Positions 10,603-24,490 of a DNA stretch of 64,000 nt are shown piece by piece; the first letter of the stretch is position 1, and each line of letters starts with the position of its first letter. The position numbers were made by a program, and so were the translations under genes. The notes beneath the pieces are model-generated. The model saw nothing but the letters and a program-made list of their open reading frames with translations, ran no database searches and was not told the DNA's origin. The stretch is taken from assembly GCA_020891255.1 (NCBI GenBank), contig BQFW01000004.1, positions 1,302,001-1,366,000 on the forward strand. The letters run 5' to 3'. The DNA is from Entomortierella parvispora E1425. Its lineage: Eukaryota > Fungi > Mortierellomycota.

Positions 10603-13600
10603 ATGTCTGAAGACCAGAATAAACAAGGGCAACGCTTTCAGTCCACAGACCCTTCGACTCCTGTGACCCGCTTGCGATCAGGGTTTGACCAGAGTAAGTA
10701 AGTTACCACAGGGTGGTCAACGCGACTGCAGAAAACGCGTCTCAATTTGTGGGCGCTGCAGGAAATTGTTTGTCATCCAAAGAGACCCCGCTCTTCTCCT
10801 TTTGCAGTCGGTGCTAAGAGCACTGTCTCCGTCTTGTTCATTTGTACTCAGTAGTGCGAGCAGCAGTCAGTCCCTCCATTCCATCCGCAGCTATTGGCAC
10901 ACAATCTCAAACCGGGACCTCTGGATCCCGAACCACGCAAGATTGCTCACCACGGCGGCAGTTTCATGAGTCTTTGATACATCCACTGGACCCTCCTACA
11001 TTTCCACCTCAAACAGCTTCGTCTGTTTATCACATCGCAGAACCAGTGCAGAGGCAATTTGACCTCTTCTCAGAAGAAAATGCTTCACAACAAAGCAACC
11101 ATAGCTCCTACCATACTCACAATTATACCAACCACACTGGACACACTCGTATCAATCCAGAGGGCGAACCTTTTAGGCTGCCTATCGACGACAGACATAA
11201 CTTTGATGCATCTCATGTGGCAGCCACCCTGGCGGACCAAGAAAATAATACTGTGTATGGGGCGAGCAGGATGAACCCTCTGTTTACAACAGGAGAATCC
11301 GCAGAACCTGTAGCCATGAATTATGAGCAAGGATCCTTGGCAGATAGAACTAATGCAAGTAGGCCGCCAAATGTTGCTATCGATATGGATGCGCCTGTTC
11401 ATCCACAGTCAACATTCCAGGATCATGGTAAGCCTTACGGTGACAACTCCAATCTAACCCCCACTCCTTCCTATTGCATGAGGGCGCCTCTAACACGGTG
11501 TTCACTGAGATTTAATAGATGAAGACGACATCGTGCGATTTTCCGGACTGATGAAGAAGGTGGCCTCTCACGCTAGCTCCCATATTCAGGGAAGTCGAGA
11601 GGAAGATGTCCCCCGCGGAGATGTAGAGGAGGGGCGCGCCACAGCATCTTCGCCACAAACAGCATCGACAAGACCATGGGGGCGGAGCGGGACTGGGAAT
11701 AGCAAACAGACTGATGCCGCACTCACTGCCGCTCCCGTTTCTCCAGGCGAACAGACGATGACCACCTTCACCTCTTTGAAGAGCAATATCCTGAGTCGAC
11801 TTTTTGGATCTCAACATTTTTCTCAAAGTGCTCATGCCACCCCTAATCCATCATCGCCGTCCCCAGGAACCAATCTAACAGAAAGGAAAGCCAATAACGA
11901 TGACGATAGCGATGACTACGACAACAACAACAATGAAGATCCAAAGAAGAAAAAACGAGCCGGTGCTTCACGTCTGTTTCTTTTTCAGTCCACATCACGT
12001 CCCCAGGAAGGTCGCCCATCGCCTGTGTCTCCGAGGCATGGTGCTGAAGCAGAAAAAATGACTAAAAATATCACTACGCACAGGATCGCTCCATCTAAGA
12101 CTGGCGGTATCTTGTCAAACTTGCTGAAACTGCAAGCACTCTCTATGCCACAGTCGTCAAACCATAACCATCGCTCTCGTCATCATCATCATCGTCACCA
12201 TCGCCAGAGACATCGAAGGACTGGTCGGAGGAATTCGTTTGCTTCCGATACAACTGCGAGGAACGACGGTCGTCACCTTTTGGCAAGCTCCAGTGCAAGT
12301 GTTCTTTCCCTTCCTGGTCTTATCATGGCGGCGCCCTCTGGTGTCGTGGGACTTACACCAGGAACTATTCCTAATTCGGAAAGCCAATTCGCGGCGTATC
12401 CAAAGTCGTCGGGGGCATCACACCATCAAGGAGGAGAGGACGAGAATCAAGGCTTGAGGATATCAACTTCTAAACAACCTGGTGTCGACGCTATCCCATC
12501 AAGAGTAGCGGGAGATCATTCACCCACTTCGACCAACAGCGCCACGTATCTGTCTGCAGAACGTCCTAACGTGCCATCGCGGTACCTGCAGACCAACGGC
12601 CATAAGACGTATTCGACTCGAAGCAGTATCTCGGCGGACGATAGCACTTCTCTGTACTCAGGAATATCCAATGACCCTCTGGCAGCGGCTATCCGATTGA
12701 GCCAACAAGTCGAATTGACTGAAGCCTTGGTGGACATTTTACAGCGCCAGGATCTACTGATCCGGCTTTGTAAGAGCTTGATCCGCTACGGAGCACCGTC
12801 TCATAGGATTGAGATGGCCATGGAGGCGATGTGCAAAACATTTGGGGTGGATGGATCCTTCGCGTTCTTGCCTGGATTGATGATGATCTCCTTTGGAGAC
12901 TCTGACACTCACACGAGCGAGACACATCTCATCAAGTGTGCACAGGGATTTGATATGGGCAGACTTGCAAAGGTCAATAAGATCGCAAGGGCGGTTGTGT
13001 ATGGACAAATAGAGCCCAAGGATGCTCTGACGGAGCTCAAAGCCGTGAATGCAGAGAAGCAGCCATACGGAATGTGGACCGTGCTGGCATCCTATGCTGT
13101 CTCGAGTGGTCTGATTGCTCCTTTGGTGTTCAAAGGAAGTTGGTACGATATGCTGGCTGGCATGGGCCTGGGATCCGTCGTGGGTCTGACCACTCTCTTG
13201 GCTAGTCGATACTCGGTCTACTCGAACGTTTTTGAGATCAGCACTAGTATCTTGATAGCCTTCGTGGCTAAGGCTTTGAGGGATTATGTTTGTTTTACAG
13301 GGGTTGTACTGGCAGGCATCGTGATGCTCCTTCCCGGACTGTCACTCACAACCGCTATCATGGAGCTGTCTTCGCGGTATATGATATCGGGATCGGTACG
13401 GATGTTTTATTCATTGATATACTGTCTATTCCTGGGATTTGGACTCTCAATCGGATCGAATCTTTGGGATGTTTTCAGGGAGCCTCCACCGGGAGATCTG
13501 AAGATGGGCTATTGTCATCCTGCAACGGAGCCTTGGCGCTGGATTCTCTTCCCATTCCTGGCCATCGCATTTAATGTCCAATTGTATGCCACCCCAAAAC

Positions 13601-14154
13601 AATGGCCAGTCATGGTGGTTTGTAGCTCAGTTGGATACGCCGTTAGCGAGTTTTCCGGAATGTACTGGCCGCACTCACTTCACATCGCCGCAGCTGTGAG
13701 TGCATTTGTTGTTGGTCTGTTGGGGAACATTTATGAACGCCTTACGCATGAACTTGGTAGGTGGTCCAAGAATGATCTGGATACTCTAATCTCGGAATCC
13801 ATTTGGCGGTTACTAAAACTCGCCGTATGATCTTATAGCATTTGTTCCGATTCTTGGAGCCATCCTGCTGATTGTGCCTGGAGGTATGGGTGTACGTTCA
13901 TCTCTTTTGCTATTGGATCAGTCTGGAAACGCATCCCAAGGAACGGCTTTCGCTCTGCAGATGATTCTTGTTGGACTCGGTATTGCAGTCGGACTCTTTG
14001 CTTCCACTCTAGTCGTCTATCCTCGTAAGCTACCTATACAGCTCTTGTTTTGGCCTTTGTTGCTGAAAGGACCTTCCTGTAGCCTTTCCACTGACCCTTT
14101 CCTGATCACTGAATATTAGTCGGCAAGAAACGAAACGCGCTGTTGACATTTTGA
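10603..14154 (+). CDS. PRM10: Threonine/serine exporter family (DUF1212/ThrE) protein, PRM10-like, with a long disordered N-terminus
   Basis: LIRLCKSLIRYGAPSHRIE...FAFLPGLMMISFGDSDTHTSETHLIK followed by about 10 TM helices; last exon ends GKKRNALLTF* at 14154. Confidence 0.85.
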
Positions 14155-14209
14155 AAATTTATAATACATGTGGGGAATGAGACTCTACTATTTGAACATC
14201 CCCTGGCTT

Positions 14210-14778
14210 CTATTCCTTCCATTGCCATCCGCAGCTGAGCTCGCAACATTTGTAGAAGGTCGTCATAGGCTCATCAGCAGAGCGTGTTTGGATCTGCATG
14301 TAGTAAGCACGGTCATGTTCGCATCTTGGACACGAGGCTATCGTCAGTTAGGGCAATAGATAGTTAGATTTTATGCACGCCTTTCTCAGAGTCTTCCATT
14401 GCCTTCACAGTTATGACGATCGCTGGTCTGCTCTTTATGTACCTTCTGTTTGATCCACGTTCGCCCAAGCTTCATCACCTCCAAGAACATCGTCAACTTG
14501 TTTCCGATCAAGTCTTTTGCGTTGGACAATCTATACAGATACAACATACATTTGATCGTCAGTGCATGACATCTTGCTGAGGGTATCAAGCTCTTGGTGA
14601 CCCCCCTGGACCTCATAACTCTCGACTCTTTTCAATTTGCAGGATAGGCGCCACGTTGAAGTGCACATACAGTTTTAACGACTGGAAAGATGTAAGGGCA
14701 GGTCTGGCAGTAGAGCTGCTGCTGGGCACCATCGGACTGAACCAGCAACAGATTGGAGCAGTTCGGACAAAAGTACAT
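14210..14778 (-). CDS. RPC11: RNA polymerase III subunit C11
   Basis: Spliced product MYFCPNCSNLL...CQTCPY...RKQVDDVLGG...CPRCEHDRAYYMQIQTRSADEPMTTFYKC...WKE*, with two zinc ribbons and the SADEP motif. Confidence 0.95.
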
Positions 14779-14994
14779 TATGAGAAATGTGGAGCAATGA
14801 GGACAAGGCAAGGTCAAGGACGTAGGACAATGGCATGCTTTTACTTGCTTGCATGCTGCGGTTGATGCTGTTTTGGGAGGCTTGTGACGAAGGCAGTCAC
14901 ACCTTTTCTTTTTTTTTTGGAAGAAGGGTATAAATTATCGGGGCGGCGCTGTTGCTGTGGCTCTTCCTCCCTTCGAAACCATCAATTCATCAAA

Positions 14995-16070
14995 ATGAGG
15001 TACAGCGTTTGTTCGGGTGCAGAATCCATCCATCCTCGAATCCAGCACATCCGCATCTGGGATCCATCCATCCGACTCGAGCCGTGTGGGCAGGACACTG
15101 CAGTTTCATTTAGACCGGCCTATGGATAGTCTTCCCCACCGAGAGGACCGAACTTGATGCACAGGAACAGCATGTTGCATCAATCACGTTTCCCCCATTA
15201 TATATTCGTGTTGGGAACCCATGGCTCTTTCAAGATGGATGCTCAGGAGCTATGATTACTGGACAGAGACAATTGTCATGGATGAGGATACTGAATCCAT
15301 CTGGAATTCAGCCTGAACAATTCGTCACAGCATTGATCGATCACATCTTTAACCCTCCTATCCGACTCTTTTTTCTCTTGGTTATTTTTTCGGTATCGTT
15401 TCTGCCTTCCAACGTATACAGCAGCAAAATTCAGGTTTCGGCCGTCCGCGAGAGCGTCAAGACCGTTCAGCTCCAGTCCCAGGAGAAGAAGCGTAACTTC
15501 GTTGAGACCGTTGAGCTCCAGATTGGACTCAAGAACTACGATCCCCAGCGTGACAAGCGTTTCTCTGGCTCTGTCCGTCTCCCCAACATCCCCCGCCCCA
15601 AGATGTCCGTCTGCATTCTCGGTGATGCCCTTCACTGCGACCAGGCCAAGGAGATCGGTATGGAGTACCAGTCTGTTGATGACTTGAAGAAGCTCAACAA
15701 GAACAAGAAGCAGATCAAGAAGCTCGCCAAGAAGTACGATGCTTTCCTCGCCTCCGAGGTTTTGATCAAGCAGATTCCCCGTCTTCTCGGACCCGGTCTC
15801 CACAAGGCCGGTAAGTTCCCCACCCCCGTCACCCACGCTGATAACATTGGCGAGAAGGCCGACGAGATCCGTGCCACCATCAAGTTCCAGCTCAAGAAGG
15901 TTCTCTGCTTGGGTGTCGCTGTTGGTCACGTTGACATGACTGAGGATGAGCTCCTTGCCAACATCATGATGTCCGTCAACTTCTTGGTCTCTTTGCTCAA
16001 GAAGCACTGGCAGAACGTCAAGACCTTGTTCATCAAGTCCTCCATGAACAAGCCCGTCCGTCTGTACTAA
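14995..16070 (+). CDS. RPL1: 60S ribosomal protein L1 (uL1/L10a)
   Basis: ATG AG|intron 15000-15425|C AAA ATT gives MSKIQ..., then [28 protein letters not shown]...[22 protein letters not shown]. Strong high-expression codon bias. Confidence 0.98.
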
Positions 16071-16639
16071 ATGCTTGGATGCGATTAGTACATACACGCG
16101 CTCTCTCCTTCTTTTGAAAAAAAGAAACGGTACGGCACACCAAAGTACTTATTCACTCCCCTAAACGAATCTATTACTGTTGGGAGCTGCATTTAGTTGC
16201 AGCAATCAAGCCTGCTTATTTGATGGTTCAAAATAAAAAAACAAAAAAAAACAATATTCCCAGCTGTGCGCGCGGCAGACGTTCACAAATGATTTCTCTT
16301 TGTGTGTTGTGTGGAGAGTGTCGACCCCAAAAATGTAGTATTTGCTGCAAAGGCGGTCTCTCCGGAGTCCGAACAAACAAAAAGAGGCGCCACCAACTCT
16401 CTTTTTTTTTTTTTCGTGAGTCAGTCCCTTTGGATCAGAATGCGGTCATTTTCCCTGTCTGCTTTCTGAGTCGGAGAATTTCTTCAAGATAAAATAACAT
16501 ACACGTTGACTCGTTCTCTTCCTTTATCTCCCTTTCTTCACTGACAACCACCCTCACTTCTGCATTCCTGCAATTCCTACTTTTTTCATTCATTCATTTC
16601 TTTTATTCTTTTATTTTTCATAATCAACAAGAACTCGCC

Positions 16640-17698
16640 ATGGAACTCATCAAAGATCTCCCCGACCGCCTGCTTTTTGCCGTGCCCAAGAAGGGCCGTC
16701 TCCACACCTCTTGTCTGTCCTTGCTCGAAGGCGCCGATATTCAGTTCCACCGCAAGAACCGACTTGATATTGCACTGGTCAAGAACTTGCCCATCGCCCT
16801 CGTCTTCTTGCCCGCCGGCGACATTGCAAAGTTCGTAGGCGAGGGTAACGTCGATCTGGGAATTACCGGTCAGGATATGGTCGCAGAGGCAGAGGCTCAG
16901 GATAAGGTGACCGAGATTCTGGAGCTGGGCTTTGGCAAATGTCGGTTGTGTGTCCAGGTTCCTGTGAAGGGTGGAGCTACCACGGTGGAGGAATTGGTCG
17001 GCAAGAGGATCGCTACCAGCTTTGAGGGTGTCGCTGGCAAGTTTTTCAACGAGATCGACGCCAAGGTCGCCGCAAACTTTACCTCCTCTGAAACCAAGAG
17101 CACAGAATTGGTCTTTGTCTCTGGGAGTGTTGAGGCGGCCTGCGCCCTTGGCTTGGCCGATGGCATTGGTAAGGAAAACTTGAAATATGTGCACCACAGT
17201 CGAGTGAAAAACATGAACTGGAAATGGAGATTGGAATATTTTGATCAATGATGTTCTCTCGTTATCAAATCTAATTAATATTTTTGTAATTTCTCCCGAC
17301 AATAATGAATAGTGGATCTGGTCGAGTCTGGAGAGACGATGCAGGCAGCTGGATTGCATGATATCGTCACCATTCTTTCTTCCCAGGCTGTCCTCATTGC
17401 CTCAAAGCGACCCAAGCACCCAGAATTGGTCCAGACTATCACCAACAGGATAAAGGGTGTCATTGCTGCTCAAAAGTATGTTTACATTAACTATAACGTT
17501 GAGCGCAAGCACCTCAAGGAGGCTTCCTCCATCACCCCAGGACGTCAGGCACCTACAGTCTCACCCTTGGAGAACCCGGAGTGGGTCGCTGTCAGCTCTA
17601 TGGTTCTTAAGAACAATGTTGCCCAGAGCATGGATGCCCTTGAAGCTATTGGCGCAAGAGACATTCTCTTGTTCGCTATTCAAAACTGTCGCGTTTAG
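16640..17698 (+). CDS. HIS1: ATP phosphoribosyltransferase
   Basis: RLLFAVPKKGRL...FLPAGDIAKFVGEGNVDLGITGQD...SGSVEAACALGLADGI|VDLVESGETMQAAGL; one intron. Confidence 0.97.
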
Positions 17699-17903
17699 GA
17701 GCACAGGAAACAATAAACGTTTATATTTGGTCTACATACGCAAGTCTAAGATGAAATGTGAAATCAAGAAAAAAAAAAGAACGTGTGGATGACTGGTGTA
17801 CAAGGTGGATGGATGGTGTTGATGAACATGTGTAAAAGGAATAGCTGGTCTAGGTTCTATCCGGAAACAAAAAAAATAAAAAGACTATAAACAATGAGGA
17901 CGT

Positions 17904-20063
<2,160 letters not shown>

Positions 20064-22561
20064 GGTGGGATGATGTTGTGGAGAAGAAGAGGATGGGGAA
20101 GAGAGGAATGATTGTCGAGCCGGGGCATCTTTTGAGGGCAGCCCCTGGGGGTGTTCAGTCTTTCCATGTTGTTCTGGAAGCGGACAGAAGAGCAGAAACA
20201 CAGTCACAGCGTTTCGCCAGAAAGGGAAATTTGGTGGCAATGTTGATTTGGTGGCGGTGGCTGCTGGTTGGCTGATCCGTCCATCCGTTCGTCCGTCCTG
20301 AGGGGCACAGGCTGGACTCTTTCTCTTCACTGGGCTTGCGTGTGTCTGCTAGCAACATTGTTACACCAAGCTGTGAATTCACAAACGCGGCGGCCAATTT
20401 TCTTGCTTTTTCCACATCGATGTCGCTCAAACTTCAGACAAGGCGAAACAGTCTACAAATACAAAATTACCACTGAGGGTCCAGATCGTGCCTTTTTGTC
20501 TCCATGTTGGACTGACGTGCTCTCGTGGAGCTAACGTGGTTTTTATTGCGCTCACTTGCTCACCTTGCTCTTTTTTTTTTTTTTTTTTTTTTTTTTGCGA
20601 ACATTTTTCTTCTCGTAGCGCCATCGAAGAAGACCTTCCACGTTTTTTTGCCCTCTCTCCTTTTCTCTGCGGACGATTTTCAATGATGGGTTGAGTTGAT
20701 GAAAAGAGGCAAAGGGCAGAGCCCAAGGCTCTCAGGGTGTTGTTTTTTTTGTTTTCTTCGTTTTCGTCGACTGTGCCGACAAGATAGAGCAAAGCGAACA
20801 TGGAGGTTACAGACTAACCGCGCCCATTTGCGTAGCTGAGAGCAACACATCCAGAGTTCTCTTCCCCACCCCTGCTTGGTCATTTGCTCCACTCGACCAA
20901 GTTCACAACTTTACACAGAAAGCGAGCGGAGGTCGACAACTGAGACAGATCCCAACAAAAATAAAATCCCCCTTGTAACTCCTGATGCTCGGATTTTCAC
21001 TTGAGTCAGGGAACTCTCGGCAACAAAAACACACTGGCTTTGATAATTGACCCTCTCCCCCTTTTGAACTCGTGTCCTGTTTTGGCATGCATTGAGTGCA
21101 CCGGGTTGATAAGGAGGGGTGTGGAAGGGGAGTCGTTTGACTTTGGCTCACGCTATTGACCGCCCTACTTTCTTCCCCTCGTGGACTCGTTTGTTCAAGA
21201 GAGGGGTTTTTTTGATACTATTCCTGCGATTATTTAGCAGTACCATGCTTGTAGTTCTTGGACGTTAACGCTCGTTGTTATTGACGTCATGTCGCTACCG
21301 AGACGAGATGGGTTGTCAATTTGCCCAAAATGATTCGACTCTCTTTACATTAGAAATAGATGGTTCTGGACATCAGTTTTTTTTTTTGCGCAATCAACAA
21401 ACAGAAGTAAAGTCAGCAACTTCAATCTACAGTAGTCAAGGAGAACGTGTGACGATTGAAGTTGCGATCAAACAAACCGTAGGGAGGTCATCCCTCGTCA
21501 GAACAACTGAATGGGCTGGCGGCACCTAGTTCAATTCAATTTCATTGATTTTTTTTTATTACTATCTTTAAGAGAGGATAAGAAGGGGCAAAGGTGGGGG
21601 TGGGTGGATCAACAAAAGCGACAACTCGGTGGTCCGCTAGATCGAATCCTTGCAGCTTGTTTGAGCGTTCAAAACATCATTGTTGATACTACGGACTGAA
21701 CAGCAAACCAGTTGATCGCGTCCATTTCTTCAGGCTATTTTCCCTTTTTTTTTTTCATTCTGTGTTGACAACGACCTTGCAGTCAAAGGATCCAAAAGGC
21801 GTCCCCTTCGGTCGAGTTTACTCGTGGATCCACTGGACACCTTTGGAGATGCCTCACTTTACTGTGAAATCACTCTTCATTGGTATTGAATCCATGATAA
21901 GGCGCCCAAAATTTGTCCCCCTCACTTCTCTTCCTAGCTGGTCAAAGATACTCTATCTCTATTCCTCCTGAGGACTTGGAGGCGTAACGCGAGTTGCTTT
22001 CGCCTTCAAATGTCCATGCCATAGCAGGCTAACGTTGCACAATGGTCACAATTAAACAGCAATTGAAGGCGATTATCGATGGAAGTGAGCAAAGCAGACA
22101 GGGGTCGCAACCTTCGCCCTCGGCTGATTTTAGTTGAGGCGAAATTGTGGAGACACCAGATGGAGTCGAACAAAAAAAAAAAAAAAAAAAAAAAACAACT
22201 AGACACAAGAGCTGTGGACATCGTTAATTTCGATCCCATGCTCTTTTCAGGCATTTCTGAGTGGCAGTGACAGCACTATGTATTAAGAGTTGCTAAAGAG
22301 TAATTGGTTCACAAACGCAAGATTCCTTGCCCGCGGATGGAGTAAAGTGTACAGGGGGATGAGGGCGAGGGAAGAAAAGTGGATGGAAAAGGAAGCGTGG
22401 AGAAAGGGGGGGAATGGGAGGGGAGTGCACGAAAACAGGTTGCAAAAAGTCTATGGTCAATCCGCGTTTTCACTTTTCTGATGTAAAAGTGGAGAAGCGA
22501 CTAAAAAGGTGTCGAGGAATAGGTGGCCCTTTTTCCAAACATTTTTTTGTTGTCTTTCTTG

Positions 22562-23723
22562 TTACAGCAATCCCGTTACTAAACCCTCGAGTTCAGCGCT
22601 GTTCCCTGTGCTAGCATGTTCGCGACCTTCGACAAAGGCAGCGTACCGGATTACGGTTGTTGGTAGAACCTCGACCTTTGCTCCTGCCTCGTAAAATTCA
22701 GCATAGTTGACGAGTACAAAGGGGATCGTAGTAATATTGCCTTGTTCCAGTGCTCGTGCACAGACGTGCATCTTGTGCTCGGCAATCTTGCCCCAACTGA
22801 GTCATAAAGGAAAGAGTAAGGACACAAGAGTTAGATCCAGTGAGTAAATACGCTTTCTTTCCCCCCCGCGGATGCCTTGTAGAGTTTCAATGATCTGGCA
22901 CAAGGACAATGACACAAAAGAATCAAATTGTTCAGAAACCTCCCCACCCTTGCCCCATGCCGCAGGTATCGCAACAACAAGCAAGTGGGGACAGGTGGCT
23001 GTGACTCCCGCCAGTTTGTATTTTTTTTTTGTTTTTGTTTGATTCATTCCAGCCCCCACTTCTCTCGACTGCTACGCAACCCAGTGCTCTCCTGTCGGGG
23101 GTGTGTGTCCTTCGCATTCTGGAAGTGCCTTTTTGTTTGTTTGTTTTGTTGTGTTGTTTGAGACAGCTGACAAAGGGATGGAAGAGGAAGGGGTCCATTA
23201 CAAATATAAAAATAACTGATTGCACAGCTTATTCCAACCTTTTGGGCTTAGGAAAGAGCAATGTTGCTATCCGCGGACAATAGAATTGAATAGACCGAGA
23301 AAGAGTAAAAAAGCGAAGCAGGGGTGAAGAAATGGAAATTGAGAGTATCTGGCCATTCAAAAAAAAAAAAAAGGAACAAAAAAAAGAATGAAAAAGGCTC
23401 ATCTTATATTATATAATAATGGGCGAGCCAACAAAGAAGTTGCACTGTGCAACAAAAAAAATCGATCGAGGACCTCAAGGGTGACAAAGCGCTGGCACAA
23501 ACAACAGCGGTTGCTATTGGACTTTGCCAACGACATTACATTATCATCCCCCCCCCCCCCTACTTTCTCCCGCGCAAAGTGTACACAAAGGGATGACGAC
23601 TTACGGCATGGCATAGCTGTAATAGAGGACAATGACTCTGCGGTTGGTGGAAATGATCTCGCGAAGATGCTCTTCCGACTTGCACTCGACAATGATTGAG
23701 GAGACTTTTTGATTACTCGTCAT
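22562..23723 (-). CDS. Thioredoxin-fold protein lacking the CxxC motif (about 117 aa, 2 exons, 808-nt intron 22797-23604)
   Basis: Spliced MTSNQKVSSIIVECKSEEHLREIISTNRRVIVLYYSYAMPWGKIAEHKMHVCARALEQGNITTIPFVLVNYAEFYEAGAKVEVLPTTVIRYAAFVEGREHASTGNSAELEGLVTGLL, with thioredoxin-like spacing including the LPT cis-Pro motif. Confidence 0.65.
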
Positions 23724-24404
23724 GGTAGAAAGTCCTGTGATCGAGGGTGGGCGTGATACTGGGAAAGAGAAGATAGTCCGAAGTGTTGACGGCGGGAAGA
23801 GGAAAGTCGTTATGAAACGATCAACTGACAATAACGGGCGGCAGCAGACAATGGTTGGTTCGATCAACCGGAGAAAAAAAAAGTCGGGCGAGAGGACGTC
23901 AAACGAACAGGGGACGGGGATAAAGGTTGTGTTCCTGTGTTTCTGTGTCGAGGGTTCAGATAGGAGGTGCGACCGAGGGTGAGAAGGGGAAGGAGAGTGA
24001 CGAATAAGGCAGGAGAATGGAAAAAGAAAGGGAGGGAGGAGAGTGAAGGAGAAGTGGAGAAAGAAGACAAACGTCAGAGAAGCAGGCGTTCGAAATAAAG
24101 CGAGAGCGATGTGGGCGATGCACACGAGAAAGTTTTCTTTTTTGAGAAGAGAGCGAAAGTATGACGATGAACGAAAGAGCTGGAGACGAGGTGCGACAAG
24201 GACGATGAGAGAAGAGCGGGGAATAGAGGGCAGGGGGAAAGAGAGAGTTCGACCAGAGTGCGTAAATAAGTGGAGGGAGCGAGGAGGAGGAGGATGAGAA
24301 GGAGTGAGTGAGAACAGGCCGAACAGAGATCCTTTTATACGCGAGGATGGACGGAAAATAAAACACTTGACTGAATACCAAATCCGATTGAATGGACGTG
24401 AGGT

Positions 24405-24490
24405 GAGAGAGAGAGAGTGTGTGTGTGTGTGAATGAGTGAGTGTGTGTCTGCGTGTGTCTGTGTGTGCGTGCGTGTGTGTGTGTGTCTGC
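24405..24490. repeat. Compound (GA)n/(GT)n microsatellite
   Basis: gagagagagagagtgtgtgtgtgtgt...gtgtgtgtgtgtgtgt. Confidence 0.9.

Noticed and set aside
15241-15320. Possible C/D-box snoRNA in the RPL1 intron (ATGATTA ... CTGA ... CTGA)
   Set aside because: The C box is imperfect and I could not match either guide segment to rRNA; it needs a snoscan/Infernal run.
15276-16097. 273-aa antisense ORF over RPL1
   Set aside because: Mirror-frame artefact of strong codon bias in a highly expressed gene.
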